24,600 bases of DNA from Thainema sp. (lineage in GTDB: Bacteria > Cyanobacteriota > Cyanobacteriia > Phormidesmidales > Phormidesmidaceae): positions 1 through 24,600 of the forward strand of contig JBQLZK010000079.1 of assembly GCA_052168235.1 (NCBI GenBank), in the 5' to 3' direction. Position 1 is the first letter of the stretch. Each line of letters starts with the position of its first letter. Of this stretch, positions 1 through 8,625 are shown piece by piece. Under the pieces are notes generated by a model. That model searched no databases and had not been told where the DNA came from. It saw nothing but the letters and a program-made list of their open reading frames with translations. Position numbers and translations under genes: made by a program.

Positions 1-51
1 TTGCCAGTGCGGTCATCACATTTCGCTCATCTGAGGTTTTCGGATAGGCTC
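1..51. mobile_element. Probable end of an IS (IS5-family-like) inserted into the EamA gene
   Basis: On the minus strand the EamA reading (..VDKSGLVLVLL) switches abruptly at TTA|GAGCCTATCCGAAAACCTC. A GAG terminus next to a TNA trinucleotide resembles IS5-family (IS1031-like) ends. No transposase is visible in the window. Confidence 0.45.
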
Positions 52-389
52 TAAAAGCACCAAAACCAACCCTGACTTATCCACAGGAGCAACCAAAGAC
101 GCATTGCCAATTTGTAGTGCTTTGAAATAGCAAAGCCATGATAATCCGGTCGCCACTCCCGATAAAACCAGAAATATCAACGTTTAGGAGAGATGGGAAA
201 TATCTCCTGCATATGACCATTTGCCCACACAATCCCCCAAGCGATTGCCAAGATGACTACCGTGCGGATAGCGGTTGCCAGATTGGAATCGATGTTCTCA
301 ACGCCAATTTTGGCAAAGATGGTCGTTAGCGCCGCAAAAAAAGCAGAAAGTAAAGCAAAAATCCACCAGGCTTTTTCGTATCCCATCAT
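52..389 (-). pseudogene. EamA/DMT-family small transporter, frameshifted and 3'-truncated
   Basis: ORF 389..177 ([38 protein letters not shown]) stops early at ..AAACGTTGA. A shifted frame continues LIFLVLSGVATGLSWLCYFKALQIGNASLVAPVDKSGLVLVLL, which is typical EamA sequence, and ends at the putative IS junction. Confidence 0.85.
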
Positions 390-435
390 TCTCTATTTCG
401 TGATTGTTTGTGCTGATTATGATAGTTCCTTCAAT

Positions 436-1479
436 TCGTCATCATCCGCTCATCCGTTTATTGCGCTACGGCAAAACGAAGCAGCTACAGACTTTAGGTG
501 CGATCGCAACTTCCATCCTCAACACCATCTTCGCCTTGTCCCGCCCTACCTGATCGGCATCGCCATTGATGTCGTAGTGAATGAAGAAAACTCTCTCATT
601 GCTCAGTTAGGCTTCACCAGCATCACCGGACAGTTAGCTGTGCTCTCAGCCCTAACCCTGCTGATCTGGAGCCTGGAATCGCTGACAGAATATGCTTACA
701 GTCGCCTGTGGCGCAACTTGGCCCAGACCCTCCAGCACGAACTGCGGGTCGATGCCTATAGCCATCTGCAAGAGCTAGAGCTGAGCTACTTTGAAGACCG
801 CAGCTCCGGCATGCTGCTGTCGGTGCTCAACGACGACATCAACCAGCTAGAGCGATTTTGAACTTTGGTGCCCACGACATTACCACCGTCCTCTTTGTCG
901 GCGGCACGTTTATTGCCCTGGCTCCGGGCGTATCCTGGTGGGCGATGGCTCCGATTCCGTTTGTGATCTGGGTAACCAGCCTATTCCAGGCCAAGCTGGA
1001 GCCGCGCTATGCCGATGTGCGTGAGAAAAGCGGACTGATCAGCAGTCGGTTAACCAACAACCTCTCAGGCATGGCCACCATCAAAAGCTTCACCGCCGAA
1101 GCCTACGAGTGCGATCGCATCACCGCTGAAAGTAACGCCTATCGTCGCAGTAACTACAAGGCCATTGCCCTCAGTGCCGCCTTCGTCCCCCTGATTCGCA
1201 TCGTGATTCTGATCGGCTTCACCGCCACGCTGTTTCTGGGTGGGGTGGCCGTGGCCATCGGCAGCTTATCGGCAGGTACCTACGGCTTCCTGGTGTTCAT
1301 CATTCAGCGATTGCTGTGGCCCTATCGCACATCGCCTTTCCACCATTCGCCATAGTCACTGCATTTACATAATGGATCAAGGACAAATTGTTGAACAAGG
1401 TACCCACAATGATCTGCTGTCTATGAATGGAATATATACAAACCTTTGGCTTGTACAGTCTGGCAATCAGATTGAGTAA
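436..1479 (+). pseudogene. ABC exporter (permease plus ATP-binding domain) pseudogene with frameshifts and a large internal deletion
   Basis: Fragments lie in different frames: [19 protein letters not shown], a shift near 533, [23 protein letters not shown], a shift near 858, then [14 protein letters not shown]. The sequence then jumps near 1323 to the NBD C-terminus IAHRLSTIRHSHCIYIMDQGQIVEQGTH. Walker A, LSGGQ and Walker B are absent. The start is approximate. Confidence 0.85.
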
Positions 1480-1626
1480 AGGAGACGCGGTGGCTGATTG
1501 CGTCTCTCTTTTCTGCTTGCAACTGAGCCGATGATTACCTGAATGTCCTACCCACTAATGTTCTGAACGTGATGTCTGCACCGCATTAGGGAACGCATTA
1601 CCTGTAGATGAAGACCAAAACAATAG

Positions 1627-1710
1627 ACTTTATTGGAAATAAAGTTTTTAGGGTTGGAAATTGTTTTGTAGCGCGGCTCAGCCGCGCTACAAAACAATTT
1701 CCAATAAAGT
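1627..1710. repeat. Palindromic MITE-like element / hairpin between convergent genes
   Basis: Perfect 25-bp inverted arms at 1654-1678 and 1680-1704 (TTGGAAATTGTTTTGTAGCGCGGCT-C-AGCCGCGCTACAAAACAATTTCCAA). An outer 14-bp inverted pair lies at 1627-1640 and 1697-1710. Confidence 0.85.
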
Positions 1711-1747
1711 TTAATAGAAAAATGGGGTACAACATCTAGTCAGAGAT

Positions 1748-2368
1748 TTAGTAAGATAAGCCGGGAGTTTTCTTGAGGCAAGTATCATCGGTGACCTGCT
1801 TCAGCATGAAGTCCGCCACATCTGCGCGCGAAATTCGGGCACCCAAATCGATTGTTTCACCATAGCGGTAGTCGCCTGTGTGATCGCCGTTGGTTAGGCC
1901 AGCGGGGCGAACAATCACCCAATCTAGATTACTTTGCTTGATGATCTGTTCTTTGTCTTCATGATCTGCGATCGCATTTCGCAGTACCAGTGGAACGACG
2001 ATATAGCGAATAAAAAAGCCAACTTGTTTGCGACTGTCACCGACTCCCAAAGAGGACTGATAGACCAGTCGGCGCACGTTGTGCTGTTCCATAGCCTGAA
2101 CAATATTTTCTACACCTTTGGTCAGCGCTGGGCTTCGCTTCAGGCTGGAAGAACCAAGGGCAGACAGTACAGCATCTTGTCCCTGCACGGCCTGCTCAAC
2201 AATTGCCATGTCGGACACGTCTCCTTGCACGGTCTGTACCGCTGGAAAATCATCAGTTAGCTCATTCGCGTGGCGGGAGAACCCAGTGACAGTATGCCCT
2301 TGGTCAAGCGCTTGTTTAATCAGTTCGCGACCTGTATCTCCAGTCGCACCAAAAATGAGTAAGTTCAT
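1748..2368 (-). CDS. NAD(P)H-binding oxidoreductase (flavin reductase / BLVRB-like atypical SDR)
   Basis: N-terminal Rossmann motif IFGATGDTG, plus LDWVIVRPAGLTNG and ISRADVADFML; 206 aa. Confidence 0.9.
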   Translation of the reverse strand: MNLLIFGATGDTGRELIKQALDQGHTVTGFSRHANELTDDFPAVQTVQGDVSDMAIVEQAVQGQDAVLSALGSSSLKRSPALTKGVENIVQAMEQHNVRRLVYQSSLGVGDSRKQVGFFIRYIVVPLVLRNAIADHEDKEQIIKQSNLDWVIVRPAGLTNGDHTGDYRYGETIDLGARISRADVADFMLKQVTDDTCLKKTPGLSY

Positions 2369-2491
2369 CCTGTGTTCTCCATTATTTCCAGGCCATTTTT
2401 ACGGTGGCAGACGACCCAATTGTTGCCTTCTATCTTTGTAATGAATTATTTGTAATGAATTGGTTGAAATAGGGACAAAATATCAGTCAAT

Positions 2492-5206
2492 CTACTTGAG
2501 TGGTTTTTGCCACCTGAGCAGTGAAGCAAACACGATAACTGGTAATCCTGCTCCCAGGCACAAGAGCCACTGCGTCCAGCTTAGGGGAACCGTGTCAAAC
2601 AAATTATTAAATACCGATAGCTGACTGAACAAGATTTGTAGTCCTGCTACACAGACGATACCGATCGCAGGTGCATAGGCTAGCGGTTTAGATTTACGTT
2701 GTAAATTAGCCCAGAGCGATGGAATAAATCGGCTGATGCAGAGTAAGTAGAACACTTCCGCAGCCACCAAAGTTTGTACGGCCATTGTCCGCGCCAAGGC
2801 TTCGTTTTCTGTCCGCCCCATCATCCACTCAAATATGCCGAACGTAACGGCCCAGTTGAACAGAGAGATAATGCCAATGCGCCAGAGGATATCTGCCGTC
2901 AGCAGGGATTGATGGGTTGGCCGGGGCGGCTTTTCCATGACTCCCTCCGGCTGCGGTTCAAATGCTAGCGGAATCGAGAGCGAGCTGGAACTGACCATAT
3001 TGACCCAGAGAATCTGTAGCGGCAGGATGGGCAGTGCCGTATTCAGTAGCACACTCGCCAGAATGGTCAATGACTCGCCACCGTTGACGGGTAAGACAAA
3101 TGCGATCGCTTTTTTCAAATTCAGGTAGACGGTGCGTCCTTCTTCGACTGCGGCTTCGATAGAGGCAAAATTATCGTCAGTCAGGATGATGTCTGAGGCT
3201 TCTTTGGCTACTTCAGTGCCCGCTTTGCCCATTGCGATGCCAATATCGGCCTGCTTCAATGCGGGAGCATCATTGACGCCATCTCCCGTCATCGCCACAA
3301 TCTGGCCTTTGGACTGAAGGGCTTCAATGAGCCGGAGCTTTTGTTCTGGGGCAACGCGAGCAAAGACGGCTGTATCTTCAACCGCGTTTTTCAAGTCCTG
3401 GTCACTCATCTGATTAAGATCTTGACCAGAGAGCGCCGGAGCGTGATCGCGCTGGCTCAAGTGCATCATGGTTGCGATCGCACTGGCCGTCACCCGGTGA
3501 TCCCCTGTGACCATCTTGACCTGAATGCCTGCGTTTTGGCAGATCTCGACGGCTCGAATGGCTTCCTGGCGGGGCGGATCAATCATGCCCTGTAGACCTA
3601 GAAAAGTTAAGCCAGATTCAATATCTTTTCGCTCTAGGGTGTCAGTATCCTCTGCCGTTTTTTGAGCAAAGGCTAGTACCCGTAGTCCTCTTTCAGCAAA
3701 GGATTCAGCAATCTGTTCGATGGCATTCTTATCGAGTTCGGCAGATTCTTCCTGATTGGTTTGAGTGCGATCGCAGCGGCTTAAAATTGCCTCTGTTGAA
3801 CCTTTACTATAAATGATCCGGTTTGGTTCTCCCCCTTCATACAGGGTTGCCATATATTGATGTTCTGATTCAAAGGGAATAATGTCACGTCGGGTTTGAA
3901 TCTCCTCCAGCTTTTGTCGCGTTAGCCCAGCTTTGTGAGCCACGACAATCAATGCGCCCTCGGTCGGATCACCTTCGACGGTTAGCTGCCCTTCTTTCTC
4001 TTGTAGTTCGGAGTCATTGCAGAGTAACCCGCAGCGCAAGCAGTCTCGTAAAGCTGGCGCTTGAGCAATTGCTACGGGTTGATCATCCTGAAGAATATTC
4101 CCAGCAGTACTGTAGCCAGCACCGCTAACTTGATAGCGCTGTCCCCCGGCATAAATCTGCTCGACCGTCATTTGGTTCTCGGTCAGCGTGCCAGTTTTAT
4201 CGGAACAAATCACTGTCGCGCTGCCCAGGGTTTCGACGGCTGGTAGCTTGCGGATAATGGCATTGCGATCGGCCATGCGAGAAACACCAATCGCCAGCGC
4301 AATAGTCACCAGGGGCGGTAACTCTTCTGGAATGCCGCTCACTGCTAGCGCCACTGCGGATTGAAACATCTCTATCCAAGATTGTCCCTGGCCTAACCCA
4401 ACCGCAAACGTCAGTGCCGCCAGTCCCCAAATAACGTAGAGCAGACGCCAGCTAAATCGCTCCAGTTTGCGGGTCAGAGGCGTAGTCAGATGAGCACTCT
4501 GTTCTACCATTTCCGCAATTTGCCCGGTTTCCGTCGCCTCGCCAATGGCGATCACCAACCCTCGCCCCTGTCCGGATGTGGCAATGGTTCCGGCAAAGGC
4601 CATATTGGTGCGATCGGCCAGCGGAGTATCGGCATCAAGGGGATTGGTTCTCTTGTCTACTGGCACCGACTCACCCGTTAGGGCAGACTCATCAACGTGT
4701 AGATTCTTGGTTTCAGTCAACCGTAGATCGGCTGCTACTTTATCCCCCGATTCCAATCGCACCAAATCTCCGGGCACGAGCTGATCGGCTGGAATTCGCT
4801 GCTGTTTGCCTTGGCGAATCACTGTCGCTTCCGTCACGATGGACTTGGCTAGTGCTTCCATCGCCTGCTCTGCCTTCGCCTCTTGGATATAGCCAACAAC
4901 GGCATTAATCAGCACCACCCCAAAGATGACCCCAGCATCGATCCAGTCCTGCAGCAGCAGAGTAATCGCGCCAGCAACCAGCAAGATGTAGAGCAGCGGT
5001 TGATTGAACTGCTGTAAAAACCTCATCCAGGGAGGAATTCCGGCTTCGGGGGTGAGTCTGTTTGGCCCAAACTGCTCTTGGCGCTGGGATACGGCTTCTT
5101 GACTTAAGCCATTATGGAGATGACTGTGTAGCTGCTCTGTCACCTCCTGTACCGAAAGGTGATGCCATTGCCGATTCAGAACTTCAGAAGAAAGTGATCT
5201 AGCCAT
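2492..5206 (-). CDS. Cation-transporting P-type ATPase, P2 type (PacL/PMA1/CtpF-like)
   Basis: 904 aa with cation-ATPase N-terminus (GLSQEAVSQRQEQFGPNRL), LTGES, CSDKTGTLT, GDPTEGAL, MIDPPR, TGDGVNDAPAL and C-terminal TM helices. Confidence 0.95.
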   Translation of the reverse strand: MARSLSSEVLNRQWHHLSVQEVTEQLHSHLHNGLSQEAVSQRQEQFGPNRLTPEAGIPPWMRFLQQFNQPLLYILLVAGAITLLLQDWIDAGVIFGVVLINAVVGYIQEAKAEQAMEALAKSIVTEATVIRQGKQQRIPADQLVPGDLVRLESGDKVAADLRLTETKNLHVDESALTGESVPVDKRTNPLDADTPLADRTNMAFAGTIATSGQGRGLVIAIGEATETGQIAEMVEQSAHLTTPLTRKLERFSWRLLYVIWGLAALTFAVGLGQGQSWIEMFQSAVALAVSGIPEELPPLVTIALAIGVSRMADRNAIIRKLPAVETLGSATVICSDKTGTLTENQMTVEQIYAGGQRYQVSGAGYSTAGNILQDDQPVAIAQAPALRDCLRCGLLCNDSELQEKEGQLTVEGDPTEGALIVVAHKAGLTRQKLEEIQTRRDIIPFESEHQYMATLYEGGEPNRIIYSKGSTEAILSRCDRTQTNQEESAELDKNAIEQIAESFAERGLRVLAFAQKTAEDTDTLERKDIESGLTFLGLQGMIDPPRQEAIRAVEICQNAGIQVKMVTGDHRVTASAIATMMHLSQRDHAPALSGQDLNQMSDQDLKNAVEDTAVFARVAPEQKLRLIEALQSKGQIVAMTGDGVNDAPALKQADIGIAMGKAGTEVAKEASDIILTDDNFASIEAAVEEGRTVYLNLKKAIAFVLPVNGGESLTILASVLLNTALPILPLQILWVNMVSSSSLSIPLAFEPQPEGVMEKPPRPTHQSLLTADILWRIGIISLFNWAVTFGIFEWMMGRTENEALARTMAVQTLVAAEVFYLLCISRFIPSLWANLQRKSKPLAYAPAIGIVCVAGLQILFSQLSVFNNLFDTVPLSWTQWLLCLGAGLPVIVFASLLRWQKPLK

Positions 5207-5492
5207 AGCGCGTTTGACAGTACCAGGACAAGCATAGATAGGCTACTGGCCAAATCCACCCTCGCGTTTTCATTTTAGAGTTAGGACGAATCTGAATTGC
5301 AGATATGAAGTAAAGAGAGATAAGCAACTCCAATGTTGTATTAGCCAGTTGCTATAGATTGCCAAGTATCGATGTCAGGTATTCCACCTTTGAGGATATG
5401 TATTCCTTCGGGCTACTCAATCATGCGACTCTTCCTTATGCCCCAGGATGGATAATCCTCTAAATTTATAGGTTTGGGGCTTATCTGCCTGT

Positions 5493-5717
5493 GTGCTGGT
5501 CTTTTTTCTATTTCGACTTTTCCACGTTAGAGAAAAAGGTCGAAACACGTTCAAGAACTTGCATAATCTGCGCACTGTTCCTTGCTCAAAATGCCGTTTC
5601 TCTAGCAAGAATCCTCATCTGAAATGCGCTGTACATAAACAAAATGTTAGCAAAGTTGATGCAAAAGACTGCCCCGTTTTTTGGCCTAATGACCAAGATG
5701 AGTTTCGAAATAAATAA
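5493..5717 (+). CDS. Small Cys/His-motif hypothetical protein (cyanobacterial type); start uncertain
   Basis: Motif VPCSKCRF..HLKCAVH..AKDCPVF (CxxC-x9-CxxH-x11-C) follows a short hydrophobic stretch. Confidence 0.55.
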   Translation: MLVFFLFRLFHVREKGRNTFKNLHNLRTVPCSKCRFSSKNPHLKCAVHKQNVSKVDAKDCPVFWPNDQDEFRNK

Positions 5718-5894
5718 TATTTAATCTACTCACTGCTTAATCTGGCTTAAGCTGTTGACAGTCTGCTCTTGCTGATTTTCTAACCTGAATGAACCTCATA
5801 AAGTACTGCTGGAATGCGGTATCCTACTCTTCATCGGATGGCGTTTATGGTAGAAGCATCAAATAGATCAAGGACAGATCAAGAGGGCACGATC

Positions 5895-6833
5895 ATGACG
5901 ACCGATTTACGCATTCAACAGGCTCAGCAGACTCAACAACCTCGGCTGGGTGGTTCAGTAGAAACCTTTTCTTGGCAGTGGCAAGGGCAAAATCTGACGA
6001 TTACCTATGAAGTGCTAGGCAGCGGCAATCCAGTCTTGTTGCTACCGGCTTTCAGCACTGTATCGACGCGGGCGGAACTGAAGGCGCTGGCGCAGCAGTT
6101 AGCGGCTCAATTCCAGGTTGTTGCCCTCGATTGGCCGGGCTTTGGTGAGTCTGATCGCTTACCTCTCAACTACGGCCCTGCTCTATATAACCAGTTTTTA
6201 CAAGATTTCGTGTCAGTCAGGTTTGATACACTAGTTGCGATCGCAGCCGCAGGACACGCGGCTGGCTATGCTTTACATGTGGCGGCTCAGCAGCCCACAA
6301 CCTGTGCCATGCTGGTGCTGATAGCGCCCACTTGGCGCGGCCCTTTGGCCGTTATGGGTGTACCACCAGCAGTACGATCGGGAGTAAAGGAACTGGTGAG
6401 AACTCCCCTGATTGGTCAAGCTCTCTATAGCCTCAACACGCAACCAGCGTTCCTCAAATGGATGTATCGCCGCCACGTATTTGTCGATGACACGCAGTTA
6501 ACGCCGGAGTATATTGCGCAGCGCCATCAAAATACTCAACAAACCGGGGCTCGCTATGCTCCAGCCGCTTTTGTGACGGGTGGACTTGATCCGGTGCAGA
6601 GCCGAGATGCTTTTCTACAGTACATTGAGCAGATTGCTTGTCCGGTAATGGTGGTCATTGCCGATCAATCCCCTTCGGCATCGAAAGCAGAAATGGAGGC
6701 AGTGGCCGCCCTGCCATCGGTTGAATCGACCCATCTACCGGGCACTTTGGGCTTGGCTGAGGAATATGGCGAAGCGGTAGCTGAAGTGGTTATTCCCTTT
6801 TTAACCGATTCCCCTTCCCAATCGGTTGAATAG
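5895..6833 (+). CDS. Alpha/beta-hydrolase fold protein
   Basis: Motifs GSGNPVLLLPAFSTVS, VVALDWPGFGES and LVLIAPTWRGP. ATG 5895 (in frame with the 5814 ORF) follows an AGAGGG Shine-Dalgarno-like sequence. Confidence 0.85.
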   Translation: MTTDLRIQQAQQTQQPRLGGSVETFSWQWQGQNLTITYEVLGSGNPVLLLPAFSTVSTRAELKALAQQLAAQFQVVALDWPGFGESDRLPLNYGPALYNQFLQDFVSVRFDTLVAIAAAGHAAGYALHVAAQQPTTCAMLVLIAPTWRGPLAVMGVPPAVRSGVKELVRTPLIGQALYSLNTQPAFLKWMYRRHVFVDDTQLTPEYIAQRHQNTQQTGARYAPAAFVTGGLDPVQSRDAFLQYIEQIACPVMVVIADQSPSASKAEMEAVAALPSVESTHLPGTLGLAEEYGEAVAEVVIPFLTDSPSQSVE

Positions 6834-6917
6834 TGCTGTGTCAAATTAGTTTTGGGCCGCGCTTGGCGCGGCCTCTCAACTATCAAAACCCACCCAAACA
6901 ACGTTGACAAACCAGTA
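6831..6917. repeat. Small dispersed MITE-like repeat, copy 1
   Basis: Imperfect terminal inverted repeats TAGTGCTGTGTCAA..TTGACAAACCAGTA and an inner GGCCGCGC-TTG-GCGCGGCC hairpin. Clearly homologous to 9706-9802. Confidence 0.8.
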
Positions 6918-6949
6918 GCTAGATGCGATCGCACCTTGATCAGCAAAAC

Positions 6950-8089
6950 CTAAATTGAAGCTGCTTCCACTGTTGCCACAACCTCTCCAGTAAATTGAGT
7001 GTCATAACCGCCCAAAATTTCTAATTGAGAAATTACCCGACGATGGCTAAGCGTGCCTAAAAGCTGCTGCACGGGAGCTTCCTCTAAATAAGGCTTCAGG
7101 GTCACCAGATCATAGTGGGACTGCCGCAGCGGCAAAAATTCCAGATTGAACATTGCTGCAACCGAGGCCGCACTTACCCCAACATCGGCCTCTCCAGTTG
7201 CGATCGCTTGGGCCACCGCTTGATGAGACGATGCAGTGCGATCGCTACCCAACACCTGCTGCAGCGAAAGCCCAGCTTCTGCCAAAGCCTGTTCCAACAA
7301 AGCCCGACTGCCCGCCCCAGGCTCACGATTAATAATGCTGACATCATCACGAGCTAAATCAGCAATCCCCTGAATCCCCTTCGGATTGCCTGGGGCCATC
7401 AATAATCCTTCTTCCCACACGCCTAAGTTAATGATCAATGCCGTCTGCTTTTGCAGCACCCGACGGACAAACGGCACATTAAACGTCTGAGTTTTTGGAC
7501 AATAAAGATGCACGCCAGCAATATGAACTTCGCCTCGCATCAACCGTTCTAGCGATGCCGCACTATTGGCAAAGGTCAACTGAACCCGCAGGTTTGGATG
7601 CCATCGTTCTGCAGCTCGAGCCCAGAGAGAAAGAGCGGGAGAGCAGCCCGCGACAACGACCGTGTTCAGTAGCTTAGTGGGTTCATCCAGTAGAGTAACG
7701 GTGATGGTTTCCTGATCGGCTTGACGAGTCGCTTCACCATCAGCGGGAATGAGTTCCATCCGAAAGGCATCATTCCCGACCAGCGGATGGGCAACCCAGT
7801 AACCTCCAATCCGGGCTACGCTGACACGTGAGGGAACGCCAGTTGCCATACTTGCCGTTGGCACGGCCTCGACTGTGACTTGGTCTTGATCGAGCCAAAA
7901 CAAATCTTCGACGCCGCAACCTAGCGCTTTGGCCAACTTTAAAGCCACGGTGACAGATAATGCTGTTTGTCCCGACTCTACCCCACTAATCGTTTGGCGG
8001 CTCACCCCGACCATTGCAGCCAAGTCCTGTTGGCTTAGCCCTAACCGCAGGCGAGTTTGCCTCAAACCATTACGGAGATCGTCCTTCAC
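6950..8089 (-). CDS. XRE-family HTH transcriptional regulator with C-terminal molybdate-binding (PBP-like) domain
   Basis: N-terminal HTH LRQTRLRLGLSQQDLAAMVGVSRQTISGVESG. C-terminal PBP-like motifs GEVHIAGVHL, GNPKGI and INREPGAGSRALL. Divergent from mop-modA. Confidence 0.88.
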   Translation of the reverse strand: MKDDLRNGLRQTRLRLGLSQQDLAAMVGVSRQTISGVESGQTALSVTVALKLAKALGCGVEDLFWLDQDQVTVEAVPTASMATGVPSRVSVARIGGYWVAHPLVGNDAFRMELIPADGEATRQADQETITVTLLDEPTKLLNTVVVAGCSPALSLWARAAERWHPNLRVQLTFANSAASLERLMRGEVHIAGVHLYCPKTQTFNVPFVRRVLQKQTALIINLGVWEEGLLMAPGNPKGIQGIADLARDDVSIINREPGAGSRALLEQALAEAGLSLQQVLGSDRTASSHQAVAQAIATGEADVGVSAASVAAMFNLEFLPLRQSHYDLVTLKPYLEEAPVQQLLGTLSHRRVISQLEILGGYDTQFTGEVVATVEAASI

Positions 8090-8319
8090 AGCAGCACCAG
8101 AATAATGAATTTGTGAGTCAGTATAAACGACTCAATGAACAGACTCATAAAAACCGCTCATAAAAACTGCGTCCATAAAAACAGTTTTTATGTTTTGCGA
8201 AAGCTAGACTGTGCTGGACTTGTGCCAAGCATCATTTGGGGTCTTGACAGACGGATTTGGCATCAGACCGGATGTGAGCGGCCAAAAATTCCTTAACAAG
8301 AGAAAGAAAAGCAATCACC

Positions 8320-8362
8320 TGTATCTCTAGGCACAGTTTTTCCCAAGTGTCGCCAATAAATT
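8320..8362 (+). promoter_or_regulatory. Putative NtcA-activated promoter of mop-modA
   Basis: tGTA-TCTCTAGG-CACa (GTA-N8-CAC, 8321-8334) followed after exactly 22 nt by TAAATT (TAN3T, 8357-8362). Confidence 0.55.
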
Positions 8363-8403
8363 TAACATGTGTCAAGGATACTAGCATTCGTCAAGAGACT
8401 CTT

Positions 8404-8613
8404 ATGAAAATTAGTGCTCGCAATGCCCTAAAAGGCTCCATCAAGCAGATCACACCCGGTGCGGTCACTACTGAAGTGGTTATCGAAGTTGCTCCTGGTG
8501 TTGAGATAACTTCCGTGATCACCAAGGCCTCAAGTGAAAAATTGGAACTTGCGGTCGGCAAAGAGGTATATGCCGTTGTGAAAGCTTCCAACGTTATGTT
8601 GGCTTTGGACTAG
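8404..8613 (+). CDS. mop: Molybdenum-pterin-binding protein (Mop/molbindin, single TOBE domain)
   Basis: MKISARNALKGSIKQITPGAVTTEV..ITSVITKASSEKLEL..VYAVVKASNVM is the classic Mop pattern. ATG 8404 is preferred over GTG 8347. Confidence 0.95.
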   Translation: MKISARNALKGSIKQITPGAVTTEVVIEVAPGVEITSVITKASSEKLELAVGKEVYAVVKASNVMLALD

Positions 8614-8625
8614 GAGCAAACAGTC

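Noticed and set aside
253..435. N-terminal part of ORF 253..861 as a real protein
   Set aside because: It is mostly the antisense of the EamA gene. ABC-transporter similarity only begins near 436-540.
2435..2461. Direct repeat TTTGTAATGAATT x2 upstream of the reductase
   Set aside because: It is a short AT-rich duplication that I cannot tie to a known regulator; simple slippage is equally likely.
2774..4908. Short ORFs antisense to or out of frame within the P2 ATPase (and similar ones inside modBC, feoB, the P1B ATPase and cobW)
   Set aside because: These are shadow ORFs of well-supported long genes and show no independent motifs.
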